Shown: one piece after another, positions 15,197-33,100 of the stretch
Numbering within the stretch: position 1 is the stretch's first letter
How the letters are laid out: every line of letters begins with the position of its first letter
Origin: Chrysomallon squamiferum
Taxonomy: Eukaryota; Animalia; Mollusca
Direction of reading: 5' to 3'
Length of the DNA: 64,000 nt
Assembly: GCA_012295275.1 (NCBI GenBank)
Contig: CM022669.1
Span: forward strand, 868,001-932,000
Position numbers and translations under genes: made by a program
Notes under the pieces: model-generated
What the model was told of the DNA's origin: nothing
Seen by the model: only the letters and a program-made list of their open reading frames with translations
Database searches by the model: none

Positions 15197-16011
15197 CAAA
15201 CAGAATCATCAGCTATAACTAATTACTTCAAATAAAATTGTTTCTTTTTATTTCTATTACATTAGATTCCTTCCTTGAATTAATTTAAAATAATAAATTA
15301 CTCCTTCAAAATATGTCAGTCTAAATAACTTTTGTGTCTTTCGTTTTCACATTTAAGAAATATTTTGTAGAAAATTATCTCCGTTAATAAAATGCATTCA
15401 GAATAAAACGTGTGTGCTAGGAAAATGTCGCAGCAGTTTTGTATTTGAAGTACGCACATCACTTATCTGCGGTAAAGCAAACACATCTTTGTTACACCTA
15501 TAAACAGTGTCATCTCTCCACATCTCTCTCTGTTATCTCCGAGCTCGGTTAAAACACACTGGGCTAGTCACTTCACCTTAACACCTCACTGAAAATACAC
15601 CACGTTAACAGCGTTCACTTAGCACCAATTAAAAAGTTCTATGCTTGTCGTTCACTGTTGACTGGAATCAAAGCTTCACATCATTCGTTTTTTAAACCAC
15701 AGTCTTAGGGTCACCTGCTACTGAACAGTAGCCAGAGTCTTTCACTTTCTGAATGAAACTAACTTTCACTTCGCGATGACAGTTCCACTTGCTTTCTGCC
15801 TCTCACTGCCTCCCAGCTTCATCCAGTGTGTCTGTGACAGAAGACCTGTGTCCCAGTGAACGCGCTGTTTGCACAGAGCTGATGCCTCTGTTTGGCGAGT
15901 TGTTTGCCCTGAATCAGCCAGCCACACAAATCACGACCTGTCGTAACACTCACAGGTATTCCTTCTACAGGAACAATTGTTTTTGTCTTCGCACATTTCA
16001 CATATCTCCAC

Positions 16012-16090
16012 TCAGGTGTTTCGTATCCACTTGGAAAAATCCTCCGGTATTATGAAGTTCAAAGAGAAAGGTTTCCAAAATCTTTCAATG
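16012..16090 (-). CDS. Candidate terminal coding exon, unknown gene
   Basis: The acceptor tttttagttctcag| is followed by IERFWKPFSLNFIIPEDFSKWIRNT*; the other two frames close sooner. No family recognised. Confidence 0.2.
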
Positions 16091-16229
16091 CTGAGAACTA
16101 AAAATGTAATGACATAATATAATAGAGATCAGTTATCCGATAATATCACGACATTACATCCAGTGATCAAATATCATATTTTTCTTTCCTTTTATTTTCC
16201 TTTATTATATTTTCATTCATTCTATTAAA

Positions 16230-19200
16230 ACAGTCATATCGTATTTACATCTAATATTACACAGTCATCTCGTATTTACATTTAATAATTATACAGTGAT
16301 CTCGTACTATACAGTGATATCGAACTTACATCTAATATTATACAGTCATCTAGTGTTCAAATCTAATATTATACTGTCATATTTTACTCACATCTAACAT
16401 TATACAGACATCTCGTGCTCACATCTAATATTATACAGACATCTCGTACTCACATCTAACATTATACAGACATCTCTTATTCACATCTACTATTATACAG
16501 ACATCTCTTACTCACATCTACTATTATAGAGACATCTCGTACTCACATCTAATATTATACAGACATCTCTTACTCACATCTACTATTATACAGACATTTC
16601 GTAATCAGATCTACTATTATACAGACATCTCTTACTCACATCTACTATTATACAGACATCTCGTGCTCACATCTACTATTATACAGACATCTCGTACTCA
16701 TATATAATATTATACAGACATCTCTTACTCATATATAATATTATACAGATATCTCTTACTAACACCTACTATTATACAGTGACCTCTGGCTCACATCTAA
16801 TATTATACAGACATTTCGTACTCACATCTACTATTATACAGACATCTCTTACTCACACCTACTACTATACAGTGACCTCTGACTCACATCTAATATTATA
16901 CAGACATTTCGTACTCACATCTACTATTATACAGACATCTCTTACTCACATCCACTATTATAAGACATCTCGTACTGACATCTTCTATTATACAGACATT
17001 TCGTACTCACATCTACTATTATACAGACATCTCGTACTCAGATCTAATATTATACAGACATCTCTTACTCACATCTACTATTATACAGACATCTCGTACT
17101 CACATCTACTATTATACAGTGACCTTTGGCTCACATCTAATATTATACAGACATCTCTTACTCACATCTGCTATTATACAGACATTTCGTACTCACATCT
17201 AATATTATACAGACATCTCTTACTCACATCTACTATTATACAGACATCTCGTACTCAGATCTAATATTATACAGACATCTCTTAGTCACATCTACTATTA
17301 TACAGACATCTCGTACTCACATCTACTATTATACAGTGACCTTTGGCTCACATCTAATATTATACAGACATCTCTTAGTCACATCTACTATTATACAGAC
17401 ATCTCGTACTCACATCTACTATTATACAGACATCTCGTACTCACATCTACTATTATACAGTGACCTTTGGCTCACATCTAATATTATACAGACATCTCTT
17501 AGTCACATCTACTATTATACAGACATCTCGTGCTCACATCTACTATTATACAGACATCTCGTACTCATATATAATATTATACAGACATCTCTTACTCATA
17601 TATAATATTATACAGATATCTCTTACTAACACCTACTATTATACAGTGACCTCTGGCTCACATCTAATATTATACAGACATTTCGTACTCACATCTACTA
17701 TTATACAGACATCTCTTACTCACACCTACTACTATACAGTGACCTCTGGCTCACATCTAATATTATACAGACATTTCGTACTCACATCTACTATTATACA
17801 GACATCTCTTACTCACATCCACTATTATAAGACATCTCGTACTCACATCTTCTATTATACAGACATTTCGTACTCACATCTACTATTATACAGACATCTC
17901 GTACTCAGATCTAATATTATACAGACATCTCTTACTCACATCTACTATTATACAGACATCTCGTACTCACATCTACTATTATACAGTGACCTTTGGCTCA
18001 CATCTAATATTATACAGACATCTCTTAGTCACATCTACTATTATACAGACATCTCGTACTCACATCTACTATTATACAGACATCTCGTACTCACATCTAC
18101 TATTATACAGTGACCTTTGGCTCACATCTAATATTATACAGACATCTCTTAGTCACATCTACTATTATACAGACATCTCGTACTCACATCTACTATTATA
18201 CAGACATCTCGTACTCACATCTACTATTATACAGTGACCTTTGGCTCACATCTAATATTATACAGACATCTCTTAGTCACATCTACTATTATACAGACAT
18301 CTCGTGCTCATATCTACTATTATACAGACATCTCGTACTCATATATAATATTATACAGACATCTCTTACTCATATATAATATTATACAGATATCTCTTAC
18401 TAACACCTACTATTATACAGTGACCTCTGGCTCATATCTAATATTATACAGACATTTCGTACTCACATCTATTATTATACAGACATCTCTTACTCACATC
18501 CACTATTATAAGACATCTCGTACTCACATCTACTATTATACAGACATTTCGTACTCACATCTACTATTATACAGACATCTCGTACTCAGATCTAATATTA
18601 TACAGACATCTCTTACTCACATCTACTATTATACAGACATCTCGTACTCACATCTACTATTATACAGTGACCTTTGGCTCACATCTAATATTATACAGAC
18701 ATCTCTTACTCACATCTACTATTATACAGACATTTCGTACTCACATCTACTATTATACAGACATCTCGTACTCACATCTACTATTATACAGACATCTCGT
18801 ACTCACATCTACTATTATACAGTGACCTTTGGCTCACATCTAATATTATACAGACATCTCTTAGTCACATCTACTTTTATACAGACATCTCGTACTCACA
18901 TCTACTATTATACAGACATCTCGTACTCACATCTACTATTATACAGACATCTCGTACTCACATCTACTATTATACAGACATCTCGTAATCACATCTACTA
19001 TTATACAGTGACCTCTGGCTCACATCTAATATTATACAGACATCTCTTACTCACATCTACTATTATACAGTGACCTCTGGCTCACATCTAATATTATACA
19101 GACATTTCGTACTCACATCTACTATTATACAGACATCTCTTACTCACATCTACTATTATACAGACATCTCGTACTCACATCTACTATTATACAGACATTT

Positions 19201-19448
19201 CGTACTCACATCTAATATTATACAGACATCTCTTAGTCACATCTACTATTATACAGTGACCTCTGGCTCACATCTAATATTATGCAGACATCTCTTACTC
19301 ACATCTACTATTATACAGACATTTCGTACTCACGTCTAATATTATGCAGACATTTCGTACTCACATCTAATATTATGCAGACATCTGGTACTCACATCTA
19401 CTATTATACAGTGATCTCGTGGTCAGATCTAATATTATACAGACATCT
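16230..19448. repeat. 31-bp minisatellite array (~100 copies) with higher-order structure
   Basis: Unit acagacatctcgtactcacatctactattat. Variant monomers (gtgacctttggctc; cacatccactattataag) recur in blocks. Source of ORFs 16779-19467. Confidence 0.97.
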
Positions 19449-19704
19449 ATATAAAGATTTTATTTAAGAAATATGAAATATAAATATCTATTCCGGTAGT
19501 AACGATATCCACTGAACTAATTCGTTTATGTCTACGTTTACTGTTTGACTTCTGTCGTAATCGTTGAGGTGAAAGACGTAACTGACTTCTCAGACCCCTC
19601 ACCCAGATTGTTTTGCCCCGGTCCTCTCGGAGATTAAGTGTGTTCACCTCATTTCAGAAAGAGTCCAGTTGCGGACATGTGTGACTATTGTTGATGTTAT
19701 CGTT

Positions 19705-20299
19705 ACCTTGTTGACCTCACAACAGTTCAAATAAAACCATTGCACTGAAAGATAGCTAGCCCGTTGATATAAAAACGCTACATGAACTGAGCTTCTAAAT
19801 GACAACTGCTTTAAAAGTGTGTATATATTAAATTTCTTTTGTCATTTTATTATTTTATAATTAACTTACTAAGCACTTTTTAAATGAATTTTATTATTTT
19901 ATATGTTTTTTTTTTTAATTTATTTTATTTTATTTTATATATATAATAAAATAAAATAAATAAATAAATAAAAAAATAACATAAAATAATACAATACATT
20001 TAAAAATCCACATTAGATTAGTAATCATGTTAGCGTTATAAAGTGTAAGTTTAATGAAATCAAGTCAAATCTAATTGTGACGTAGTGTTTTGTAAGTTAA
20101 TTATAAAATAATAAAATGACAAAAGAAATTCAAAGAAAAAGAAAGAAACATAATTAATATATACACACGCTAGCGCACACGCACACTTTTAAAGCCAGTT
20201 GTCATTTAGAAGCTCAGTTCATGTAACGTTTTTATATCAACGGGCTAGCTATCTTTCAGTGCAATGGTTTTATTTGAACTTCTGTGAGGTCAACAAGGT
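19705..20299. mobile_element. Foldback/MITE-like element with ~170-200-bp terminal inverted repeats
   Basis: accttgttgacctcac...gatagctagcccgttgatataaaaacg...cttttgtcattttattattttataattaacttac (19705-~19870) is the reverse complement of ~20085-20299 (which has an insertion). The core is AT-rich and non-coding; no clear TSD. Confidence 0.75.
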
Positions 20300-20468
20300 G
20301 ATTTATATATATATATTAGTAATTAAAATGTTCCTCTAATACAGATGCATGTAAGTACATTAGTCAGGTACATACAATGCTTGCACTAGACTGATGAATG
20401 AATCACTACTGGGATATGCATAGTAACAACTACAATTAGTCATTTACTTGAATAATAATAATAATAAT

Positions 20469-20542
<74 letters not shown>

Positions 20543-20764
20543 TAATTGTGTTTTTCTTTATTTTCATTTCTTTGCTGTTCAGTTTTACTTTTCCATAGAT
20601 CAAGATTTCACAGACTGATTGTTTTTTTTTTACTCTTGGAACCCATATATTTAGTTCATGAGCCAACAAAATCGGAAAACCAACAAAGTCAGCCTGACAG
20701 ACAGACAGACAGGCAGAAAAAAGAGAACGTCCTAAGAGAGGGAGGTGTTGTAGAGAGGCACGCA

Positions 20765-23328
<2,564 letters not shown>

Positions 23329-23390
23329 CAAGTGCCCGAATCACTGAGGATTCAAAAAATAAAATAAAATACATACATACATACATACAT

Positions 23391-23452
<62 letters not shown>

Positions 23453-23807
23453 TCACACGCACACACACATATATACTTTATTTACGATCTCCCGCGATTT
23501 CTGTGTGTACAATCACTACACGGCTCTGTTTTTATCATTCTCTTTAAATTAGAGCATAAATCTTTACTGTAATGTCGTAAACTTGTTTGTTACTTAGTAT
23601 AATCGTTACCAGGTTATGAAGAACAACAATACTGAGTTAGAGTATCAGATAAAATATCACTATTTAACCTTTACAAACAAACAAGTTTCTATTCGAGATA
23701 CTGCTTGCTGGAAACTGAAAACCGAGCACATACCTGATCAGGCTACAAAGACTCGATTAGGGTCTATTTACCTCAGGGTATCAACAAGGCTGCTTCAACT
23801 TAACTCA

Positions 23808-24521
23808 GTGCTTTACAGTTAAATCAAGTGGTTACAGAACAGTCGTGTATGAAATTCTCATCTTGCTTTACAGTTAAATCAAGTGGTTACAGAACAGTCT
23901 CGTGTATGAAATTCTCATTTTGCTTCACAGTTAAATCAAGTGGTTACAGAATAGTCGCGTGTATGAAATTCTCATTTTGCTTTACAGTTAAATCAAGTGG
24001 TTACAGAACAGTCGTGTATGAAATTCTCATTTTGCTTTACAGTTAAATCAAGTGGTTACAGAACAGTCTCGTGTATGAAATTCTCATCTTGCTTTACAGT
24101 TAAATCAAGTGGTTACAGAACAGTCTCGTGTATGAAATTCTCATTTTGCTTTACAGTTAAATCAAGTGGTTACAGAACAGTCTAGCGTATGAAATTCTCA
24201 TTTTGCTTTACAGTTAAATCAAGTGGTTACAGAACAGTCAAGCGTATGAAATTCTTTTTGCATTTTCTCATCTTGCTTTACAGTTAAATCAAGTGGTTAC
24301 AGAACAGTCTCGTGTATGAAATTCTCATTTGCTTTTTTAAGTCAAGTTTACACAGTTAAAATTCATCTTGTTTACAGTTACAGAACAGTCTAGTGTATGA
24401 AATTCTCATCTTGCTTTACAGTTAAGTCAAGTGGTTACAGAACAGTCTCGTGTATGAAATTCTCATTTTGCTTTACAGTTAAATCAAGTGGTTACAGAAC
24501 AGTTTCGTGTATGAAATTCTC
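23808..24521. repeat. 57-bp (variant 55-bp) tandem repeat, ~12 copies
   Basis: Unit tgctttacagttaaatcaagtggttacagaacagtctcgtgtatgaaattctcattt; it gives the 19-aa repeat SCMKFSFCFTVKSSGYRTV in the ORF track. Confidence 0.95.
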
Positions 24522-25339
24522 AGTTTGCAGCCAGCGCTGGTTTGTCTAAAGCCGAGTGTCAGCAATTTGACAAAAAAGCAGAATTTACTCTCCTCCCGTC
24601 AGAAAGAAGATGCGGTTTGTTTTTTAGACCCATTTAACTGGTTTAATGATGATGTTAACCAAATTCATTCTCTTATTGGCTACATCGCAAATGAAACCAA
24701 ATTTGTCTGCTTTTATTTTTCATTTTTTATTTTTTATTTTCTGTCAAATGAGCCAATCTACTGATGGCTCTTAGCAAATTATTGCGAGACTAAAAACATT
24801 TTAACCAAATGAATCATTAAACAAATATTATGTGCACATGCATACATTATGCAGTCATAGATGAATCAGAAATACTCGATTACACACGCAGGCAAACATT
24901 GGGGCACACACCTAAACACACAGAAAGGCAATTTACTTGAAATGCACTAACAGACACAAAGAGAAGACACACGGTGATTATTATTTTTTTTTTTTTTTTT
25001 TTTTTTTTTTGAAATGATTTAAACATTCAAACTTTTGAATTCATTGTTTACCCAGAAGAGTTCAAAGTCCCAAGTACAGAGTAGATATGTACGAAACTCT
25101 GTATCTCCCTGAATGGAAAATTTTATGACCTGAAACTACTAAAAAGAAAAATACGAAATATTTAATTCGTTTTGTAAATGTTTTCAACGTGTATAATTTT
25201 CATTGTGACACTTTTCTCCCGTTCTGAACATAGATCAGTGTTTCAGTTTACAACTGGCACCTATTTTTTATCACTTCATATTACAATGCTGCAGTTAACT
25301 TTAATTTCCAATTTCTTCCTAAAATATGAAGAAAAAAAA

Positions 25340-25381
<42 letters not shown>

Positions 25382-26012
25382 AATAAAAATATAAAAATAG
25401 TTTTATAATTTCTTTTTAAGATGACACTGTGTGCGTTTTTGCGTGTGTTTTAGTGTCTGTGTGTACGTATGCGTGTGTTTGTATATGTTTGTGTCTTTAT
25501 GTGGAAGGTGTGTCATTATTAATGTTGTTGTTGTTGTTGCTACTACTGTTGTTATGATTATTATTGTGGTAATATCTTAATGTTAGTACGGGTGAACGTA
25601 ACAAAATTTCAGACGCAGTCTGATGTGTTTGATTTGGTGAATCTCCATGACAACCATATAACAGTTCGGAAACTGGGATCCGTACTGAGCGGTTCGTGTG
25701 ATATGAAATAAAAATGTCTCAAGAGAAAAAAATAATATTTTATGAAATTCAGCAGGTGGCGCTTTTATCAAGAACAGAAAACAGCGAATGCTGGGAACGT
25801 GCATTCTGAGTTCGACGTTGTCATAGCTACGGACAAACAAACCAGCCGATGATAAATCTGTGATTTCCTTTTTTTTTTTTTTTTTTTACCATTATTCTTT
25901 TTCTTTTCTTTACTAGAATCATTATGATCATTATTTAGAGTTTCATTTTAAATCAATTTACTTTTTTATTATTATTTTGTTTGTTTGTTTATTTATTTAT
26001 TTATTTATTTAC

Positions 26013-26261
<249 letters not shown>

Positions 26262-26617
26262 GGATTAATTTATTGACATGACCAGACAAACTGTTGAAAG
26301 GGTTCTAAGTATAAAACAAATAAACTGATATGTTCTTCGCCCACTCGTTAACACAAGATAAACGTCTTTGCGATAAGAAAACTGACAACGTGTACACAGA
26401 CGTTGTCTTGCTTCGGGTCTGGAAGACGTTACAGTCTCTGCAGTGAATAGTATCTACACATTATCTTTAACACAGCTGATCTGACAAAGATACCTTTGTT
26501 CTGATCTCAAACACAAGACTGAAGTAAACTGCGAACACGTTATTTCATAACAACTTTATTTTCCTCAATCCGTACCCCGTAAAACCTTTGTTCTTTTAAA
26601 ACAACGTTTTCTTCTGT

Positions 26618-26679
<62 letters not shown>

Positions 26680-26781
26680 TTATTTTATTTATTTATTTAT
26701 TTATTTTAAAATAAATTCTTATATCGAAAAGTTGAAAAGTTTATATAAATTTATTTCTGGGATTTTTGTGGGGTTTTTTAA

Positions 26782-26847
<66 letters not shown>

Positions 26848-26849
26848 CA

Positions 26850-26885
<36 letters not shown>

Positions 26886-26901
26886 GTTATTATTACTACT
26901 A

Positions 26902-26938
<37 letters not shown>

Positions 26939-28230
26939 CAGTGAAGAGACATTTATAAAAATAAGTTACAATGGTTTAAAACTTCACACTCTGAAATAAA
27001 TTCCTTTGAAATATAATTAACACAATTACATATTTCTTCTTATTTTTATATTATGGCAAATGACTCTAAATCTATGCCTATTTAAATTCAGATACACAAT
27101 ATGACTTTACATTGGTTTAAAGTGAGACGATATTATAATTTATTATCTATAAACTTATCTATAAACTTATAAATATTTATTATAAAACGTGACATGTCTA
27201 TTATTTGTTATGTATTTTCCCTTTTTATAATTTATTTTCAATAGCAATTCTTTAAAATATAAGCTTTCTGTAATGATATATTATGAACTGCATTATTTTA
27301 AAACATAACCTATCTATAATAACTTATAATGCATAACATTATATTAAAACATAAGCTATTAAAATTTATTACGTACAATGTACTTTAAAATGTAACCTAT
27401 CTATTATAATTTTTGATGTATAATTTAAATTAAAATGGAAAATATATATTATAATTTATAATGTATAACATTATTTTAAAAATGATTTATATCTATAGCA
27501 TGAATTTATTTTATAATGTATTACAATTTATCATGTATAACTTTACTTTAAAACGTAAACTTTTAAAATGTAACACATGTATAACATTATTTAAAATGTA
27601 AAATATCTCTAATAAATTACCATGGTAATTATTTTTATAACATAACCTATTATAATTTATAATACGTAACATTACGGTAAATTATCTATTACAATTAAAA
27701 TATTTAATTATTTTACATATACTCTGTAAATTAAGACTTTCTAAATAAATAAATAAATATAACTGAAAAGAAATTCAAAAAAAAAAAAAAAAAAAAAAAA
27801 GATTATTACTATTCTACCCGTGCAAATATGAAAGAAGGTTCGGATTAAATTGCAATCTCTTGCGCTAGAAACGTGAGTGGTTTTATCGGTATTGATAACA
27901 AAATTGTGTTATCGTTTTATCTTTCTGAATAATAACCTCCATTCCTTATTGCACTGAAACGAGTACCTGGTCTACAGAGCCACACTATTCAACATCTGAA
28001 TAACTTGAGTTCGCAGTGTGCATGTTTAGTTCCGGATTAATCTTGTTTCTCTGTCACCGACTGAAAGTACAACGAGATATTACCTGCACCAGGGAACTAC
28101 GTCAATTCAGGTGTAAAAAAAGTGAATTAGATTTTAAATAGCAAATTCTTGCAGCTGTAAAGGACATTTCATCAGCATTAATAGAAATATTTTGATTTCT
28201 GGATAATGAAGGTATTGCATTTTATTATTC

Positions 28231-28331
<101 letters not shown>

Positions 28332-29779
28332 TTTATTGTTTTTGTTGTTGTTGTTTTTGTTCTTAGGTTATATATTTATTTATTTATTTTAGCCTATTAC
28401 GTGCACTTATAATGCCATACGCACATTGTGACAAATGTTTAATAAACACATAACTAAATACTTGAACAGAAAAGATGGTGCAGGACGCTATGTTTAAACT
28501 TACGTGAGTCGTGTAGTTAATGACATCAGGTACATAGCAGACTTTATACCTACAGAGAAATCTCGCCCCACATAGATATGACAAGTTCCTAACCTAATTA
28601 CAACTTTTACTAGCAGCAGTTCCAACTATGACGACAGCCATTGTGATAATGTTAATGCAGTAGCAATAGTAGTGATAATGGTAGAAGCAGAAGTCGAAGT
28701 AGTGGAGTTGACGATAGTAGTAGTAGTAATAATTATATCAGTCGTTGTAGTAGTTATATAGATGACAGTAGTAGTAATACTGTAGTTGTAAATATAGTAA
28801 TGCACGTAGATGTAGCAACAGTAATGGTAACAATTGCAGCAGTAGTAGCGGTATTGTAGCTGTAAATACAGCAGTATAAGTAGACGTAGTACTGGTAGTA
28901 CTTTTGTTGTAAATACATTAATAGAAGTAGATGTAGTAGTAGCAGTAGTAGTTTATTGATTGCTGTTGTTACTGTCGCGTTTGGTGTACTGCTAGCACTA
29001 TACTAGTAACCTACAGATAAATAGAGAAAATATCTAAGAACTATTTTAAAATATATTAAAATACAGGACGTATAAAGTCTACCACTGTTTATATCATTTT
29101 TTTGTTTTTTTGTTTTTTATTTTATTTTTTTCGAAATTGAAAAATAATAACGTATTTTAGTCATTACGTTATGAAGAAAAGAAAATGTACATACTGAATA
29201 TACACACGAATGTACACACTTGAATGCCTTCAGAGACACGAATACAGTGTTTTATAAACAGATGTATTGTAATGTGTTATATTTCAGTTTTGTGTAGGAG
29301 AAATGACACTGGTCTGAGACAGGCATACTGAATGTCTTACACTTCTCTTTACAGCTGATATTACTTAACATTACATTAACAGTCAACATTATCACAACAT
29401 AGAACTGTCCTCCGAGGAATGTTTAGTATGCTTCTTGAGTATGTTTGAAAAGCTAATAAAACAGTGAAAAGACTTTCGAGTTACTTGTATCAGTTTTTAT
29501 ACAAAGCTGTCATGTTAACTTTGACCTCGCCCCGGTATGAATTATACAGCACAAGTTAATTATATCTGATGAATAAATATACTCCGATATTTTACATTAT
29601 ATTCTAAAATTAAATAAAGAAGTAAACTTTAGAATCTAAAACATGGTAACAGGTGTAACACTAAAAGAATCAGAGGAAAGGTGAAACAAAGTTTTACTGT
29701 AAATAACATTGAATTGAATTTGTACAAATATAATAGTAACACAGATCATACTAATATTGATCTTAATACTACTAATAAA

Positions 29780-29830
<51 letters not shown>

Positions 29831-30129
29831 CTGAAACATTATTTTAGCCAAATATTTGATGCTACTCCTACATGTGATGAAAATACTTTTTTTTCTCTCA
29901 TAAAAAAAAAATGTAAGTTATTTGTGATCTAGCTACGTAATAGTATTTGTTTAAAAATATGAATATTGACATTTTTACACTTTATTTTCGTTAACAGCAA
30001 ATTTCACATTCATGTTAGAAAAGATAAATTATGTCTCTTGTTAACAATCACTAACTGCTGGTAATGTTTGTTGTTACAGACAACGAAATACGTATTTATT
30101 TATTTATTTTATTTGTATATTTATTCATT

Positions 30130-33100
30130 ATTCAATGTCAGATAATGTAGATCAAGTACTTCAGTGTCAGCAATGTACGTCTCTGTAATTTAATGTCAGA
30201 TAATGAACGACTCACACGTTCAGTGTCAGATTATGTAGCCTCAATGATTCAGTGTCAGATAATATAACCTCAGTGATTCAGTGTCAGATAACGTACCCTT
30301 AGTGATTCAGTGTCAGGTAATGTAGCCTCAGTGATTCAGTGTCAGATAATGTAGCCTCAGTGTTTCAGTGTCAGATAATGTAGACTCAGTGTTTCAGTGT
30401 CAGATAATGTAACCTCGGTGATTCAGTGTCAGATAACGTAGCCTCAATGATTCAGTGTCAGATAATGTAACTTCAGTAGTTCAGTGTCAAATAATGTAGC
30501 CTTAGTGTTTCAGTGTCAGATAATGTAGACTCAATGATTCAGTGTCAGATAATGCAACCTTACTGTTTCAGTGATAGATAAAAAAACTTTAATGTTTAAG
30601 TGTCAGATAATGCAGCCTCAGTGTTCATGTCAGATAATGTAGCCTCAGTGTTTCTGTGTCAGATAATGTAGACTCAGTGTTTCAGTGATAGATAAAAAAC
30701 TTTAATGTTTAAGTGTCAGATAATGTAGCCTCAGTGTTTCAGTGTCAGATAACGTAGCCTCAGTGTTTCAGTGTCAGATAATGTAGACTCAATGATTCAG
30801 TGTCAGATAATGCAACCTTACTGTTTCAGTGATAGATAAAAAACTTTAATGTTTAAGTGTCAGATAATGCAGCCTCAGTGTTCATGTCAGATAATGTAGC
30901 CTCAGTGTTTCTGTGTCAGATAATGTAGACTCAGTGTTTCAGTGTCAGATAATGTAATCTCGGTGATTCAGTGTCAGATAACGTAGCCTCAATGATTCAG
31001 TGTCAGATAATGTAGCTTCAGTAGTTCAGTGTCAAATAATGTAGCCTTAGTGTTTCAGTGTCAGATAATGTAGCCTCAATGATTCAGTGTCAGATAATGT
31101 AACCTTAGTGTTTCAGTGAAAGATAAAAAACTTTAATGTTTAAGTGTCAGATAACGCAGCCTCAGTGATTCAGTGTCAGATAATGTAGCCTCAGTGATTC
31201 AGTGTCAGATAATGTAGCCTCAGTGTTTCAGTGTCAGATAATGTAGACTCAGTGTTTCAGTGTCAGATAATATAACCTCAGTGATTCAGTGTCAGATAAC
31301 GTACCCTTAGTGATTCAATGTCAGATAATGTAGCCTCAATGATTCAGTGTCAGATAATGTAGCCTTAGTGTTTCAGTGATAGATAAAAAACTATAATGTT
31401 TAAGTGTCAGATAATGCAGCCTCAGTGATTCAGGGTCAGATAATGTAGCCTCAGTGATTCAGTGTCAGATAATGTAGCATCAGTGTTTCAGTGTCAGATA
31501 ATGTAGCCTCAGTGTTTCAGTGTCAGATAATGTAGACTCAGTGTTTCAGTGTCAGATAATGCAGCCTCAGTGTTCATGTCAGATAATGTAGCCTCAGTGT
31601 TTCTGTGTCAGATAATGTAGACTCAGTGTTTCAGTGATAGATAAAAAACTTTAATGTTTAAGTGTCAGATAATGTAGCCTCAGTGTTTCAGTGTCAGATA
31701 ACGTAGCCTCAGTGTTTCAGTGTCAGATAATGTAGACTCAATGATTCAGTGTCAGATAATGCAACCTTACTGTTTCAGTGATAGATAAAAAAACTTTAAT
31801 GTTTAAGTGTCAGATAATGCAGCCTCAGTGTTCATGTCAGATAATGTAGCCTCAGTGTTTCTGTGTCAGATAATGTAGACTCAGTGTTTCAGTGATAGAT
31901 AAAAAACTTTAATGTTTAAGTGTCAGATAATGTAGCCTCAGTGTTTCAGTGTCAGATAACGTAGCCTCAGTGTTTCAGTGTCAGATAATGTAGACTCAAT
32001 GATTCAGTGTCAGATAATGCAACCTTACTGTTTCAGTGATAGATAAAAAACTTTAATGTTTAAGTGTCAGATAATGCAGCCTCAGTGTTCATGTCAGATA
32101 ATGTAGCCTCAGTGTTTCTGTGTCAGATAATGTAGACTCAGTGTTTCAGTGTCAGATAATGTAATCTCGGTGATTCAGTGTCAGATAACGTAGCCTCAAT
32201 GATTCAGTGTCAGATAATGTAGCTTCAGTAGTTCAGTGTCAAATAATGTAGCCTTAGTGTTTCAGTGTCAGATAATGTAGCCTCAATGATTCAGTGTCAG
32301 ATAATGTAGCCTTAGTGTTTCAGTGAAAGATAAAGAAACTTTAATGTTTAAGTGTCAGATAACGCAGCCTCAGTGATTCAGTGTCAGATAATGTAGCCTC
32401 AGTGATTCAGTGTCAGATAATGTAGCCTCAGTGTTTCAGTGTCAGATAATGTAGACTCAGTGTTTCAGTGTCAGATAATATAACCTCAGTGATTCAGTGT
32501 CAGATAACGTACCCTTAGTGATTCAATGTCAGATAATGTAGCCTCAATGATTCAGTGTCAGATAATGTAGCCTTAGTGTTTCAGTGATAGATAAAAAACT
32601 ATAATGTTTAAGTGTCAGATAATGCAGCCTCAGTGATTCAGGGTCAGATAATGTAGCCTCAGTGATTCAGTGTCAGATAATGTAGCATCAGTGTTTCAGT
32701 GTCAGATAATGTAGCCTCAGTGTTTCAGTGTCAGATAATGTAGACTCAGTGTTTCAGTGTCAGATAATGTAGACTCACTGTTTCAGTGTCAGATAATGTA
32801 GACTCAGTGTTTCAGTGTCAGATAATGTAGCCTCAGTGATTCAGTGTCAGATAATGTAGACTCAGTGTTTCAGTGTCAGATAATATAAGCTCAGTGATTC
32901 AGTGTCAGATAACGTACCCTTAGTGATTCAGTGTCAGGTAATGTAACCTCAGTGATTCAGTGTCAGATAACATAGCCTCAGTGATTCAATGTCAGATAAC
33001 GTAGCCTCAGTGATTCAGTGTCAGATACTGTAGCTTCAGTAGTTCAGTGTTTCAGTGTCAGATAATGTAGACTCAGTGTTTCAGTGTCAGATAATGTAAC

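Noticed and set aside
16779-19467. Long ORFs (up to 279 aa) in the 31-bp array
   Set aside because: They are translations of the minisatellite, mostly with GTG starts, and have no unique sequence.
25611-25710. Plus-strand exon candidate TQSDVFDLVNLHDNHITVRKLGSVLSGSCDMK*
   Set aside because: Short, no recognisable family and no partner exons.
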